From positions 1,426,001 to 1,490,000 of the forward strand of contig JAWMAR010000151.1 in NCBI GenBank assembly GCA_036785375.1: DNA of 64,000 nucleotides, read 5' to 3'. A model generated the notes under the pieces. The model saw only the letters and a list, made by a program, of their open reading frames with translations, made no database searches and had not been told where the DNA came from. Every line of letters begins with the position of its first letter. Position 1 is the first letter of the stretch. Below are positions 22,678 through 36,375 of this stretch, in pieces. The position numbers and the translations under genes are program-made. Source of the stretch: Leucoraja ocellata (Eukaryota).

Positions 22678-25454
22678 GATCTACCCCTCCAAGCGTCAAA
22701 ATGCCTAAAGTCAAGTCAACGTCTTGTAAAAAATTGAACGATTTGGTGAGAGTGTATGGGAGCAATATATTCTTTACAGACAACTGTGTGCTGTTTTGCA
22801 AAGCATGTGAGAAAGCAGTGAATCATGAGAAGGAATATTTCATCTCCCAGCATGTACAGACAGCTAAACACAAGTCGGTGGCAGAGAACTGAAGGTAGAT
22901 AAATACGCTTGTCTCCTCACATTTACTGCTGGCTCCAGTCGTAAATCTGAGTTTTCGAGTGATCAGACAAGCAATACAAAGTTAAGTATTCAACCAAACG
23001 CAATGAAAATAAAATCTATTTTATCTAAACATATTAGATTAAATGTATCCTTAAACCGAACAACTCAGATATATTCCAATCTTTGTGTGGATCAGTGACA
23101 AGGCAGACCTGAATATTGGCATCATTGTCCAAACAAGTTAATAGATTGTAACCCAATTGATTCTGTACTATCCCCATGAAAATATGATGGGTTTGTGCAT
23201 TTCCTTTGTACTGTGCCAGTTTGCCCTCCTTACACAAATTGCTCTAGACTGACCAATTAGAATCCGCTTTGGCTGAAAAAGCATCTGTTAATGCCAGGAA
23301 GTCCACTTTGTAAATTGCTCAGATGACACGAATGTATGTGCCTTGAGTTATTGCCTGAGGCAGTCCCACTTCCTCTCATGCCAGAGGATTTTCATTAATT
23401 TTCACCACAAGGGGAACACAGGTTGTTTCTGCTGAGAAGTTCAGCATGCTTGCATTCTGAGCTCCTCCAGTCACCAGTCCAGTAAGATCAGAAGTCCTGC
23501 TGAATGTTTTTCTGAACAATGAGATATTGCGTGGCCTGCATTCCAATATCACTTTTTTTTTTATTGCATCAGACGTGGTATTTAGACGTGGTCAATGCTT
23601 GGGAGATGGTGCCTTCCAACACGTTTGGAAGGCGTCTGCTTAAAAAGTAGCTGAGCAGCTGTCTTTGAGCACAATGCTCTGAATTAGTGTGCCTTTGCGC
23701 TGAGTTAACAGAAATGTTTGTGAGCCGTGGTTAAAAATAGATTTGAATTTATATCCAGGATATCAAGGATATAAATTCAGGATATCCCAAAGTATTTTTG
23801 AAGTATAGCCATTGTTGTAATGCAGGAAAATATTTATGCATTCTTTTGATATAATTTTTATGCGACAGTTAGGCAAAAGAGGAAGATAATCATATATTAA
23901 TTACTTATAATTTTCATGACGATTTAATGCTAAGATGACCACTCTACTATATTTAAAGACTCATTTTTCTTTGAATATGATTTAATTCCCAAGTATAACA
24001 CTTGACCTCTTTTGTGAAATGTTCACAATGTTCAAACACAACAACACTCATCTAGTTCCTTGTCATCATACAATTATGTATCTGACAGTGGTTGAATATT
24101 ACAAGAAAATGAATCGACACCAACGTTCATGACATCATAAAGACAAACAATGTGAAATTTAATTGATCTATTATAGCCTTTTATTCTCAGGTGCTTGAGG
24201 TCTACATCAGTTCCTGTGTTTCTTCCATCCTTCCCCTTGCTCTCCTTCCAATATTTTGGAGATTATTTCTGTTTCCCATTCTCGGAATCAGCTCTAGTTG
24301 CACACAGTAATATCAAGACGATAACTTAGAATTTTGGGCTGCTGCAGGTACATCTGGCATTATGTTGGTTATCCATTGTGCTGTGTATGTTCATGACCCC
24401 TTTCACTCCCTGCACTTGAATTGATTTGCTTTCTTCTCCTGGGGAGGCAGACAGACAAAGTTAGGCATGTTTGTTAGGAAATTTAAAAAAAATAGTTAGA
24501 GGAATGGTAAGTGAATGAATCTTTGTTCATTATTTGTGCAGCCGCCATTCATGCTATGGTGATGATGCCTTACACTGCCACAGCCACGGAATACACATAT
24601 TCCTGCCAGTGTGCAGCTGAATTGCCTTGACAGATGGGATTTAATTACTCATGTTCAGGTCACCAGGAAAATAAACAAGACCAGTTCTGGCTTGAGGAAA
24701 TCAACCAGGCTAGATAAATAGCCAGCCAGCCTCTGAAAAGTGTTTTACTTTGATTCCTGCTCTTTCCATCCTGTATCTTACACACTTCTGATATATCTAG
24801 CATATCATATCTTCTATATCATTTTGCTTCATTTTCATGCGTCTATCTCTCCTATTTTGTTGAGTTTCCACCCAGATTAATTAATTTGTCTCAACCTTGT
24901 TTCTCTGTCCTGTTGCTTATTCCATTTCCTGCTCTCCTCTGCTTCCTATTCCCTTATCCATCTTTTGTGCAGCCGCTGATAACTAGTGAATTTTTCTCTT
25001 TAACTTTCTGATATCGTAGTTCCCATTTCCTCTCAGATAGAATCAGTAATTTATTTATTTGCCCATTTCCTCCTATGTGTTTGCAAAATGCCTTTTTATC
25101 AAAAATAAAGACTTTACCTTTCCATGATCTCATCCTAGAGGAACTCATTCAGTCTGGCTGATTCAGGTCTTGCTGGTAGCAGGTTCCCTTTAACATTGCA
25201 ACACCCTTACCAGTATGAACTATTTATTCTGCGCATGTGTGGAATTAAAATAGGCACTGTCACTTAAACTTTTTGCTATTACCTGTACATTCAAAACACT
25301 GCCTTCACAATTCTTTTTTTTTCACTACTTTTTAAAACAGACCACTAATACTTGGCTACACAAAGTGAATGGAAATGGCATCTCATCCCCTCTAGTGGGA
25401 GAAATGACATTGGAAGAACAGTTCTAGTTGGACGTGGGAACAGTGAGAATTTTA

Positions 25455-25785
25455 GAATCATGGAATCAAGATGTATCACAGAAGCAGGCACTTGGGACCA
25501 CTTAGTCCATACCAATTATCAAGCACATACACAAATCTTACCTTAGCTCATTTTATTCTTCCAACGTTTCCATCATCTCCTCCCCCTTCATATTTTTACC
25601 TTGGGACAATTTACAGTGGCCAATTAACCTACCTAACCCACACAATTTTAGGATGTGGGAGGAAACCCATGAGATCACAGGGTCAATGTCCAAACTCCAC
25701 ACATTCAGAACTGGCGGTCAGAATTGAACCCAAGTTGCTGGTACTATAAATCAGCGACTCCGCTGGCTGCACTGCTGCACCGCAA
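25455..25785 (-). mobile_element. tRNA-derived SINE, diverged
   Basis: Core (caatttacagtggccaattaaccta...ggatgtgggaggaaacc) and decayed box B. Confidence 0.7.
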
Positions 25786-28700
25786 GGATATTTGCAGAAT
25801 GCCTTCTATCAGAAAAGGCCTTTCCCTTCCATAACCTAATCCAGGACGAGCACGAGGCATCATGTTGAAGGAGTGAAAGTGACGGTATGTTTAGAGAAAA
25901 TATAATTCCACTTGTATTCTGCAGCACCTGACCTTTGAGTTTTTTATGAGAAAGATTAAGGGAGATTTATTCTATGTGTATGCCCACTCGTGTGGAAATT
26001 AGGAATTTTTTTTGAAGGAACTTTATTCTGAATCAAATCCCTGCTGTTCCTGATCTGGGAATTTTATTTCTGACATTATTGAGAGAGCTTTACTCTTTGT
26101 CTGACTTGCGCTGTACCTCATAGAGTCTGTTGACTAACCAAATCTGTGTCAATCATCAAGCATTCATAATGCTGATCCTATACTAATTATTTTCATTTCT
26201 CTCTATGTTCCCATCATTTTGCTTTAGATTCTACCATACAACTATGTACTAAGGGTGATTTATTGTGGTCGATTAACAAAATCATTAATATATGAGAGGT
26301 AACCGGAGCAACAATAGGGAACAAATGGGGCCACACAGACAGCATTGGAGGTTAGAGTTGCTCCTGGGTCACAGGAACTGTAAGGCAGCAGCAGCCAGGG
26401 CTCTGTAATGATAGTGAATTTGTCTCTGGCCTGCCATTCTGTAAAACTTCCTGACCATAGTTATCTCATTGATTAGGGTCAAGAGTAGGGAAGTCCTTGG
26501 GTCAAGTTTATGCAGTCCCTTAGGCCAATGAAGTGGGTGGATGACCTGAAAGCTGAATTTAGCCAGATAAGATAGATCAGGCAGAGCAAGGCTACAAGAT
26601 AGAGATTGTATAAACTGGATAAGAGTCAGCTCACCTGGCTTCATTTATTTTCCCATGTCAGCTTGCTCTGGTTTATCTTCCTGTGACTTTAATATAATTA
26701 AACGAATTACATTGCCACAGTAATTGAGTTATACAGTGACAGGCTAAACATAGCTACTGTGCAGTTACAACACTGCACATTCTCAATACCAATGGCACAG
26801 ATAGAGTGGCACAAATGTTGGACAAGGATTCACTAAGTTCCAATTCTCCCAAATGATTCCCTGTATCATGGATTTAGCATGTCTTTACCTTCAGAAGAAG
26901 GAAACAAGTAATGAAATTCAAATCCTGACAGGAAGTGAAAAGTCTTATTAACACTGCACTAGAGTAGGTGAACAGTCCTTTTTACTTCAAATGTCAGTCT
27001 TGTATTATCATGAAAATTTAAAAAATGCAGGCTGAAAATAAAAGCAAAAGATGTAGACAAAACTCAGCGGGGCAGGCAACATCTGTGGAAAAATAAACTA
27101 TTTTTCTTTCCTCAAATGTCTGCCCTGCTGAGTTTTATTTTCTTTTCTTTTTGTATTTACTGAATTACTGAATCCTTTAAAGGGATAGAAGTCCCACTAA
27201 AGAAAGAAGATTGAGAGATGATAGAAATAACAATAAAATGCTGTGACAACTATGATTGGAATTTGACTACCGCTACCATTCGCTGCAGGTTAACTTTCAA
27301 TGTCCTTGGACGAGGATTTCCTGCTGTTTATCCCACTGGACATGAACTCACTTCCTCATGTCATCCTGTTAGTGTTGACCAGACTGCTGTTTGAGACAAG
27401 GAACTTCAGATGAAGTCTATTTGCCTCAGGACAAAAAAGTGGATAGTAATGAATTATTTCTGAGATATTTAAACACAGTGTATACATGTAGCACAGATTC
27501 TAATAGAATAGAAGCAATGGCACAAAATAATTGCCAATGGCACAAAATAATAAGAGGGAAATGTGTTATTTAAATGCAAATACAAAAATCCCAAATGAAC
27601 TGAAATTCAAAGTTTGTCATCTGCAATGAGCTGATTGCTATTGACTTGACAAAAAGCAGCATGTAGCCTAGAAAATACAAAAAATGCGATGAAGTTTTTG
27701 TATTTTAATATAAATCTGAAGGAAGCACATCACAGAAGTTAGTACTTATACCTTTCAGAACTGATTTGCTGTGTTTCTGGTTTTTCTTTCATAATCCAAA
27801 ATATCTTTCTCTTTTTTACTGTATAGCTGATGAGAGCTTTGTATTCAACAGCTCTTTCTTGTTGTAAACCTGGACTGTTCTGATTGTCCCTTGGTACTGA
27901 TCCCAGATTCTCTGGAGAGACTGCCACTTGGCTTATTTTGCATGCTTTCAATAACTTATATAATCATACTCTTAAATGAGTATTGACAAGTCCAACTAAG
28001 GTTACTAAACAAAAAAGAAGAAAGAAAATTGATTGTTTCAACATATAGCTCAGTAATTTTCGGCAGTCCAAAAAAAAAGATGCAGTTTAATTGTTTTAAT
28101 CATTAGAGTAAATTTGGGAATTAAATAATAGGAATTTAAATTTAATACATGCTGCACCCTAGTATTTTACCATCTCTTTAAAAAAAATAATCTTATTTTG
28201 ATTGTCATTAAGAACCTCCTATATTTTAATGCCCCTTTGCAGAACTTCAATGACAGGCTGTAGACGTTATTTCCTTGCCAAAATAAATGATGAATAATCA
28301 TCAGTTTTCAATTTTATGTGCTCTTATGAGGTCAGAAAAGATTTCTCTCAAAGATAGACTTCTTACACAGTCACTTCGAGTTGAGGAGGACTATTCTTGC
28401 TCCAATATTTTAAGAAGTGGAAGATTTCAAAATTTCCCTCGATATGTGTGGACTTTGCACACCAACCTGCAAAAGGATTTACCAGAGTCAGGTCTTGGTT
28501 CAATGGCTTTGCTACACTAACTTATCACACATTGTAGGCACATATGGACACACATAGACAAATACACACACAGTCGCACGCACATTCTAACCACTGACAG
28601 ACAAAAAATTGTGCACTTGACCAAGCTGTCTTCCACCAACGCCTGAGTCCTCACTAGGTTTGCTCTTAATTCTCTCCCACCCTCAGTTATGCTTTCTCAA

Positions 28701-29344
28701 CCCTTCTGTCTCTGCATCCTGTCTCCTTCTCAACCCTTAAGCCTCTTAACTCACCCTCTTCCTCAATAGTTGAGCCTTCCCATTAATTTTTAACCAGACA
28801 ACAGGATAAACATTTGAAATGGAGGTTGATATTGGACTTATCTAGCACAGAATCAGTTCAGTATATAGTATTTGATCTCTTTAAACGATACTAAATTATA
28901 TTTAGTGGCTCTTATCAAGGATCCCTTTTCATCAATGATCAGGTGCACTATGTGATGTGCAGCCTAAATCACTCATATTGACATACAGATCCTTTAATCT
29001 TTTTCTTGCAAACAAGCATTTACTGTTTCAAAAAATTCTTCCTCAGTTTATATGCATGCTCTTTGTTCATTTTAGTTATCTTACTCAACAATTTATCAAA
29101 TGGGAGTGTGATGACAAGATTTCTAAGTTAGCTATTATATTTGCAGTTCATGCTGATCTTAATCCAAGCCTCCCACGTGCAACAAATTGATTGCACATTT
29201 TTTAGGATTGAGCTATAAATATATTGAAACTGAATCAGCCTATCCCGTATATCTGCAAATGTGTTGTACGACAGGCCAGCATATCTGCTTCACTTAGTTT
29301 TTTTTTTAAGTTACGTACCCTGTCCAGCAATTTACAGAAAATCT

Positions 29345-29588
29345 CTCCCTTCCCCTCCTTCCTTCTTTGCCTCCCTCCCTCCTTCCACCCCTCTCTGCTT
29401 CCCCTCCTTTCCCTCCCTCCTTCCATCCCTCCCTCCTTCTCCCCCCCTCCTCCTTAACCCTCACCCCCTTTGCCCTCACCCTCCCCTTCACCTTCTCTCA
29501 CCCCCTCCTCCATCACCACCCTCTCCCCATCCCCTCCCCCTGCCTCTTCTCCGCCCACTCCCCCTTTCTCTCGCCTCCGCCTCTCACT

Positions 29589-29624
<36 letters not shown>

Positions 29625-29632
29625 ACACACAC
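29345..29632. repeat. C/T-rich low-complexity tract followed by (CA)n microsatellite (29592-29632)
   Basis: Read directly. Confidence 0.9.
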
Positions 29633-29819
29633 TGCCTACCTAAATGCTCACCAACCTGTTTATTCTGTGAACATGCATTATGTATGCACTTCAAAAAATA
29701 GTTGTTTGATGCATTTTCGCTGCTCCATTGGAAGTATGCTGAGTAGATTATAATTTCCCTGATGTGTAAATTATGAAAATCAATAACATTTGCCGGTACC
29801 ATAATGTTATGTTACAGTC

Positions 29820-30357
29820 GTCCAAGAAGTTGTTGAGGCCACATTTGGAGTATTGTGTTCAGTTTTGGTCATTCTGCTACAAGGATGAGGGCAGGGAAGA
29901 TTTGCACGGATGTTGCCAGGACCTGAGGACCTGAGCTATCGGGAGAGGTTGGGCAGTCTAAAACTTTATTCCTCAGAATGCAGGAGGATGAGGGCGATTT
30001 GTTGGAAGTATATAAGATCATGAAGGGAATAGATAGGGATGCACAGTCTTTTACCCAGAGTAGGGGAATCAAGAACCAAAACCACGTAGGTTTAAGGTGA
30101 GAGGGAAAAAGTGATAGAAACTTGAGTGGCAACTTCTTCCACACTGAGGGTGGTGGGCATATGGAATGAGTTGCCAGAGGAGGTTGTTGAGGCAGGTACT
30201 ATAACAGCCTTTAGAAGACATTTGGAAAGATATAGGGATAGGAAAAGATTAGACGGATATCGGTCAAATGCAGGCCGGTGGGACTAGTGTAAATGGGTCG
30301 GCATGGGCAAGTTGGACCGAATGGCCTGTTTCCATGCATTATGACTCTATGACTCCA
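29820..30357 (+). mobile_element. CR1 (HER1-like) LINE 3' end
   Basis: gaggccacatttggagtattgtgttcagttttggtc (RPHLEYCVQFWS) through the tail ggcctgtttcc and (atgactct)n. Confidence 0.85.
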
Positions 30358-32795
30358 TAATCAATTCTCATAAATACATAACATGAATTCAGTACTTGGA
30401 AGCTGCCTTACCAAAATGGACAACAGCAACAGTTCCACCACAGTTAAGGGGCTTATCCTCAGCCAGTGAAATTAAGTGTAAAATGTAGATGTAAATAAGA
30501 TATCATGTCTTTAGCTTATGGTATCATTGCTTGCTGAAGAAGAAAGTGGTTGAATTTGGAAACATCAGCACCAGCACAGATCTTAATTCAATGTAGATTC
30601 CTTAAATTCTGAGTGCCACAGCTTTTAGCATAATAGAAAAAAAAAATTCTCTACATAGCAGGAATTCTTTTGTTGATTCTTCTGAAAGGTATTTTCAAAC
30701 AAATGACAAGGTTCTATGAGTTTCTCACACAAGTTAGGTTTAAATTGTCCCACCATTCCCAGCAATGACAGTGTTAAAAAGTTGGAGGAGCAGTACAATT
30801 TGTCCTTTGGAGTTCTGAATGGGTCAGTTCCGCTGCAGGGCATTCCCTGTGGGCTCTGTACTATTTTAGTCTGTTTGTCTCCAACAGACCTTCCTCATTT
30901 CTGTGAAGGGTGTGGTTTAAAGATAGTCAGGAATTTGAAGTACCTCAGATCTTCCTGGTGCCACTGTTTGGAGCTCCACGGGAGTAGCTTTTCACCACAG
31001 GATTGGCTCTCCCACAGCAGGATGTGTGTATTAGTCACACAGTCAGAGCCACAGTCAAACAGGGTGTCGAAGGCATTAGAGTTCCCTAAGTGATGCAGGA
31101 ACTTCTGCCACCTCGCTGGTTGTGTTGTATAACTGCCGCTGTATGATTACTGCTAAGTCTGAGGTGCACAAGGCGTTTACATTTCACATTTGTGAAAGGA
31201 TTTCCTCCAGTAGTAATATGACCATTTTAGAATGATACATAAGATAGAGAAGGCCTGAGTGCTGAGCTCTCTCAGATTTTAAACCCAGTCCATGATGGTG
31301 CATCCTGTGAAACGTCAGCAGTAAGTGAAGCTTTGCATTTTTAACCACGAGATTTACTAACCCTTTAGGGGCTGAGTATTTACTTGACTCTTTCAAAATG
31401 TGTTCTTATGTGTTTCTTTCATTGGTCTTGGGCTGAAGTGTTTTTTCCTTGTCCGTCAAAAGATGAATGCTTAGATCTGGAGTTAGATAGTTACGATGAT
31501 TCTTGACACTTGACTTGACTTGACGATGTGAAATATATAAACTGATCCGAAAAGTTATTTTCCTGCTGAAACTCCAGGTGCAATTCTTATAAAGATCCTA
31601 GCTGAAGATTAAAGTAAACACTGCTTGGAGTTAATACAGGATGACTTATACTGAGCTGAGGGGATCCATTAAAGTTCAAAGATATTCATTTTGTTTTCCT
31701 CGTGTTCGAAATTTTACTTTTTGTGATTTTAAAACAACACCCTGCATCAGGTATGAACATATACCAGTCAAACCTTTGGTTCCCCTCTCCCAGTTTGAAC
31801 CACAAATGTTACAGGGATTTCAACAAAATTAGAACAAGCGAAGCAACATTTTATTAACTGTAAGTATGGAAACTACTGGAAACACAATTCAGGATACTCT
31901 GTGTCAAACTTAAGATGTACAAATGAGATCTTTGGAACTAACGTCCTGGTGATTGCAGGTCTAAACTGCTGTTGCGATGTACTGATAGGGGTAGGATTCA
32001 CAATATAATATTAAACAAGTGAATTTATTGGTGCAGATTTGTCAATGTTTAACACTTTCTGAATTTCTGAAGAGTACAGATCTGTTACTGTACTGTAAAG
32101 TAGGAGTTTGTGACCGTATAACACTGCATTGAAGAAACTGATGGATCCAGGATTATAGTTCTGCTATAATTCGGAGAACAAAACAAAACAAAAATTCGGG
32201 GAATATTTTGTCTTTAGAGAGGGAATCAGCATTATCATTTCAGGGCAAATAACTTAATATCAGGCCAATCAATGTAGGAGAGACAGGTTTGTGTGGGACT
32301 GATTGAGGAAATCAAAGGGACAGGCAGCTAGAAGCTTTGGCTAACTGACTGGCATTCATCCATTATGCTAATCTTGTTGTGAAAAATGGATTAACACTAC
32401 CAGTCCTCCTCATTTGAAGCACAGGAATGTGTACTGGATGGATCCCCTTACTCAGAATTTATATAACCAGCCCACCTAGTCCCAATCTGGAAGAACCATG
32501 CTGAGCCCGGATGCTTGGAAGCTTGTGTTGAATCAGAACCTCAAAACATTTTTAGTTATGATTCAATTATGCTTTACATGTAGCTTGGTACAGTGAAATG
32601 GTTTGTTTTGCATACAAATCGTACAGCAGACCTCACCTGGGCAGCACACAATAGTTGCCACGTGCCTGGCACCGACAAAGTTACAAAAGTCCACCGAACA
32701 GTCCTATCTTCTGCCTGCCGCCACATGTGGCAGCAGGCGGCCCCACGTCTGTTCCCCCCCATAGATTGTGGCTTACCTTGTCCAATGCCCCTTTA

Positions 32796-33035
32796 TAATA
32801 GACAATAGGTGCAAGGAGTAGGCCATTCGGCCCTTTGAGTCAGCACCGCCATTCAATGTGATCATGGCTGATCATCCCAATCAGTATCCCGTTCCTGCCT
32901 TCCCCCCATATCCCCTGACTCCGCTATTTTTAAGAGCCCTATCCAGCTCTCTCTTGAAAGCATCCAGAGAACATTGCCTCCACCGCCCTTTGAGGCAGAG
33001 AATTCCACAGACTCACCACTCTCTATGAGAAAAAT
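32796..33035 (-). mobile_element. CR1 LINE 3' end, 5' truncated
   Basis: Matches 8390-8610 and 10735-10929. Confidence 0.85.
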
Positions 33036-33552
33036 GTTGTCAAACAAGGTCTATCAGTCTTAATTTTAAAATGTTTCATTCATCCATGGGCTTATTAACT
33101 TTTCATAGGAGGGAATTCCATACTTTCATTGCCATTTTTATGTTTCTTAATGGCCTTGGTTGCAATTCAATGGCTGACACCTGGCCTCTGAACTAAAGAG
33201 GCTGTGACCTCACTGCAGAGTGAAACTGAGTAGTCAGATGAAGAGGGGAAGTGGAATTTTTTTCCATTTTCGGCTATTAAGGTGGGAAACCTTTTTGAAT
33301 TTATTTTAAGTATTGAAGGAAAAAGAGATTAAATTAATTTGCTGTTTTGATCCTGAGCTGGGAATTATGTCCGTTTTTAGTTGAGTTGCAGTGAATGCAA
33401 GGCGTGAATGGATGAAATTGGATACTTTGAGTTTGAATAGCCATGAACATAACACTATTAAGGCACTGTCACACTGATGTTTACATGAATATTGGCCGAG
33501 GAGCTGTCATTTACTATTTACTATTTCTAAACAAAGAAGCTGTTTATTGTTG

Positions 33553-33653
33553 GTTACACAGAAAAGCTGGAGAAACTCAGCGGGTGCAGCAGCATCTATG
33601 GAGCGAAGGAAATAGGCAACGTTTCGGGCCGAAACCCTTCTTCAGACTGATAC
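33553..33653 (-). mobile_element. Short PLE pLTR-derived insert with intact minimal hammerhead motif
   Basis: 15-bp TSD agctgtttattgttg at 33538-33552 and 33654-33668; almost identical to 1357-1454. Confidence 0.9.
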
Positions 33654-34496
33654 AGCTGTTTATTGTTGACAGCAGTCAATTTGCGTACTCTGGCAGATTA
33701 ACAGTTGCCTGCTAATTACATCGAGGGCAAGACCACAAAGGGCCCACTTTCTATTTTACTTATCTAATCAACCTAAACATAATTGATATTCCTGGAATTA
33801 ATTAATTGTTTTAATGTTCAATTACTAATTAGTTTCTCTTCTTAAATTCATTTTGGGAAGTCGACTTATTAATTGGAAGCTAGTATTGGTTTTGAAAATG
33901 ACACAAAGAGACTGTTGCAATCTGGATTAGAAAAATAAACTGCTGGAGGAACTTTACAGATCAGGTAGCAACTGTGGAGGCAAAGTAATCTGCAATGTTG
34001 TGATAGTCAAAGTCCTGATACAGGGGGTCTCAACCCAAATGTCAGCCTAAAATATCCCTTAGTTGCCTGAGTTGCTCCAGTAGTTTTGTTTTTGAAGTTT
34101 CCTTTTTTTTCTGAATTAGTAACCACTCCTTTTTACTGCCGGTCAAAATGCAAGCTGAAAATAACTAGATTTCTATTTTTATATATTTACAAAATAGTTT
34201 TAACTGTGGCATTTTGTTTTACAATAAAACATGACATACTGGGTGTGCCAAAGGAATCTGATATGACAACTGGAGACTCTTGTCAGTTTAATCCTGGATC
34301 CTCTGTTATGCTGAGCTGTCTAGCTATTTGCTAGCAGGATAAGGCAAAGGTGATGGATTGCTTTTCATTGTCAATTAATTTGCAGGTAGACACAAAATGC
34401 TGGAGTAACTCAGCGGGACAGACAGCATCTGCCACCAAAATCATTGAGTATGGGCTTTTCTGTGGAACCTTGATTAACACCCAAACTATTTTGATT

Positions 34497-34695
34497 ATAG
34501 TCATAGAGTCATACAGCGTGCGTCAACCCAACTAGCCCACACCGGCCAACGTGTCCTATCTGTACTAGTCCCACCTGCCTGCATTTGGCCCATATCCCTC
34601 CAAACATGTCCTGTCCATGTACCCATCTAATTGTTTCTTAAACATTGCGATAGTCCCTGCCTCAACGACCTCCTCTGGCAGTTCGTTCCATACAT
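34497..34695 (-). mobile_element. CR1 (HER1-like) 3' end
   Basis: (agagtcat)n tail and reverse-complement similarity to 30160-30357. Confidence 0.75.
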
Positions 34696-36214
34696 ACATT
34701 TTTTAATCTTACATCATTTTTTAAAATCTTACTTAAAAAGCCTGCAGTTCCTTGTATAGAGTTGTTTAAATTTAGATTATGCAATGATTTAACATGTTAA
34801 TGATTTGATTGTGTAATTTTGAAGGTGCATTTGGCATGCATGTTGTGGCAATCAGAATGTGTAGGGCTCATCAAAACATGTTCACTTCAAACAATAAATG
34901 AAAGCAAAAATCAATATAAAGAATTAAGACAAATAGCTTGACTTGTTCTTCCGGGCTAACGGTTGTAATATTATAGTACATATCAAGCTGTATTTGATCA
35001 AGTTTGAGTTTTTAAAAATGCACGTCCATAACACTTTAAGGCAATTTAACGACATAAACCAAACAAGAACCACAGAGATAGGAAGCTCCAGTGCTCCCAA
35101 AATTAAAGTTAATAAAGCAATTCCATGTGAACTCCTGTCAGCATTTACTTTCTTTGCCCTGGCATAATTTGGCTAATGTAATTACTCTCCAAGATAATGT
35201 TTCTTTAAGCTGCACAGGCTTAGGTTTATAACACTGTAGCCATGGGAAATAGATCATGTGGCACTCGTTTATATTTAAAATTTTCACGTAAATCAAGTTA
35301 ACCCAATGCAGATTAACCAATCATTTCTAGGTGAAAACTTGAACCTGAATTTATGAAGACTTCTTTGGGAGCTAGCAAAGGTTTGGCATATGTTTCGGGG
35401 TATACACCATGATGTTACATTGTCTTTTGGGCTAATTTCATGCTTTCCTCCCTACCTTTCTGTGACGTGTCAGAAGTAACCCAGAAGGAGGATTGCATTA
35501 TTTTGTTCATTTATCTGGTGTGGTGGTATTTTTGGAATGAGGTTGTTCAAGAATACTATTGACCATGACAGTTTTTTAGGTATTAGTTTTCAAACAGAGT
35601 TAATTTTTAAACTTATTTTAACAACCATACAGGCACAGGTTCATCTCTTTGTATATTGCAAGAGCATATTGAAAACATAACTTTTTTTCAGTTCCTGAGA
35701 CTATATTTTCTAAGTTAAATGCCAGGTAATAATGGATTTAAAATATGAAGCCTTAATATATTGTGCAAAAGGGAAGGACAGAAAAGGCTTGATTCGACCT
35801 TGTGAATTAGATTGTGTCCGTTTTCATCCTTAATGTCCAATTTTGTAGAAATCAAGATAATAAGGCATGTTGTCAAAGATGCATCATAAAAATGAGGCGT
35901 TAGATTAAAAGGAAGAAAATAGATGAGGCTTAGGGTATTACTTTGAGCCTATGCCTACATATTAAAAAAAAAAATCCTTTGTAACAAGTGGCAAATCTCT
36001 GGAGTAACTAAAGGAAAAGCAATAAAAGGTGAAAATATTGCATATGCAGACTTGTGAAATGGACTGTATAACAGAGAAAGGAACAGTCAATGTCTGCAGA
36101 AAGAATGACAAATTGTTGGTTTGAGTACAAACTATTCAAAACTGAAAGATTCGGGAGATTTTAACAGTCAGGAAAAGGCAGGTGAAAATATATGTTTAAA
36201 TATTAAAAATATAC

Positions 36215-36375
36215 ACACTAAGCTTTTATTACAACACACTGAGCTTTTCTTTTCTCTCTCGTTTATCATATCATACTATGTTTGCATATTATTTTGTACT
36301 GCAGCAAGTAAGAATTTCATTGTTCTATGTGGGACATGACAATAAAACACTCTTGACGCTTGACTCTTGACTTGA
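36215..36375 (+). mobile_element. Rex1/Babar-like LINE 3' tail fragment
   Basis: gcagcaagtaagaatttcattgt...tgacaataaa plus (tcttgac)n; related to the insert at 52999-53261. Confidence 0.6.

Larger units (their letters stand above)
21985..22965 (+). mobile_element. hAT-like DNA transposon 5' remnant with CGGBP1-type zinc finger ORF (22701-22892), interrupted by a LINE fragment
   Basis: MPKVK...FFTDNCVLFCKACEKAVNHEKEYFISQHVQTAKH has CxxC-x13-H-x5-H spacing like the CGGBP1/hAT zinc finger; stop at 22890-22892; outer boundaries uncertain. Confidence 0.6.

Noticed and set aside
24420-24740. Repeat-free, motif-rich intronic stretch as a possible enhancer (also about 21660-21800 and 23200-23700)
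   Set aside because: Short transcription-factor-like motifs occur by chance; it cannot be supported without conservation or chromatin data.
29224-29802. Pro/Ser-rich and His-Thr repeat ORFs
   Set aside because: Translations of a C/T low-complexity tract and a (CA)n microsatellite.
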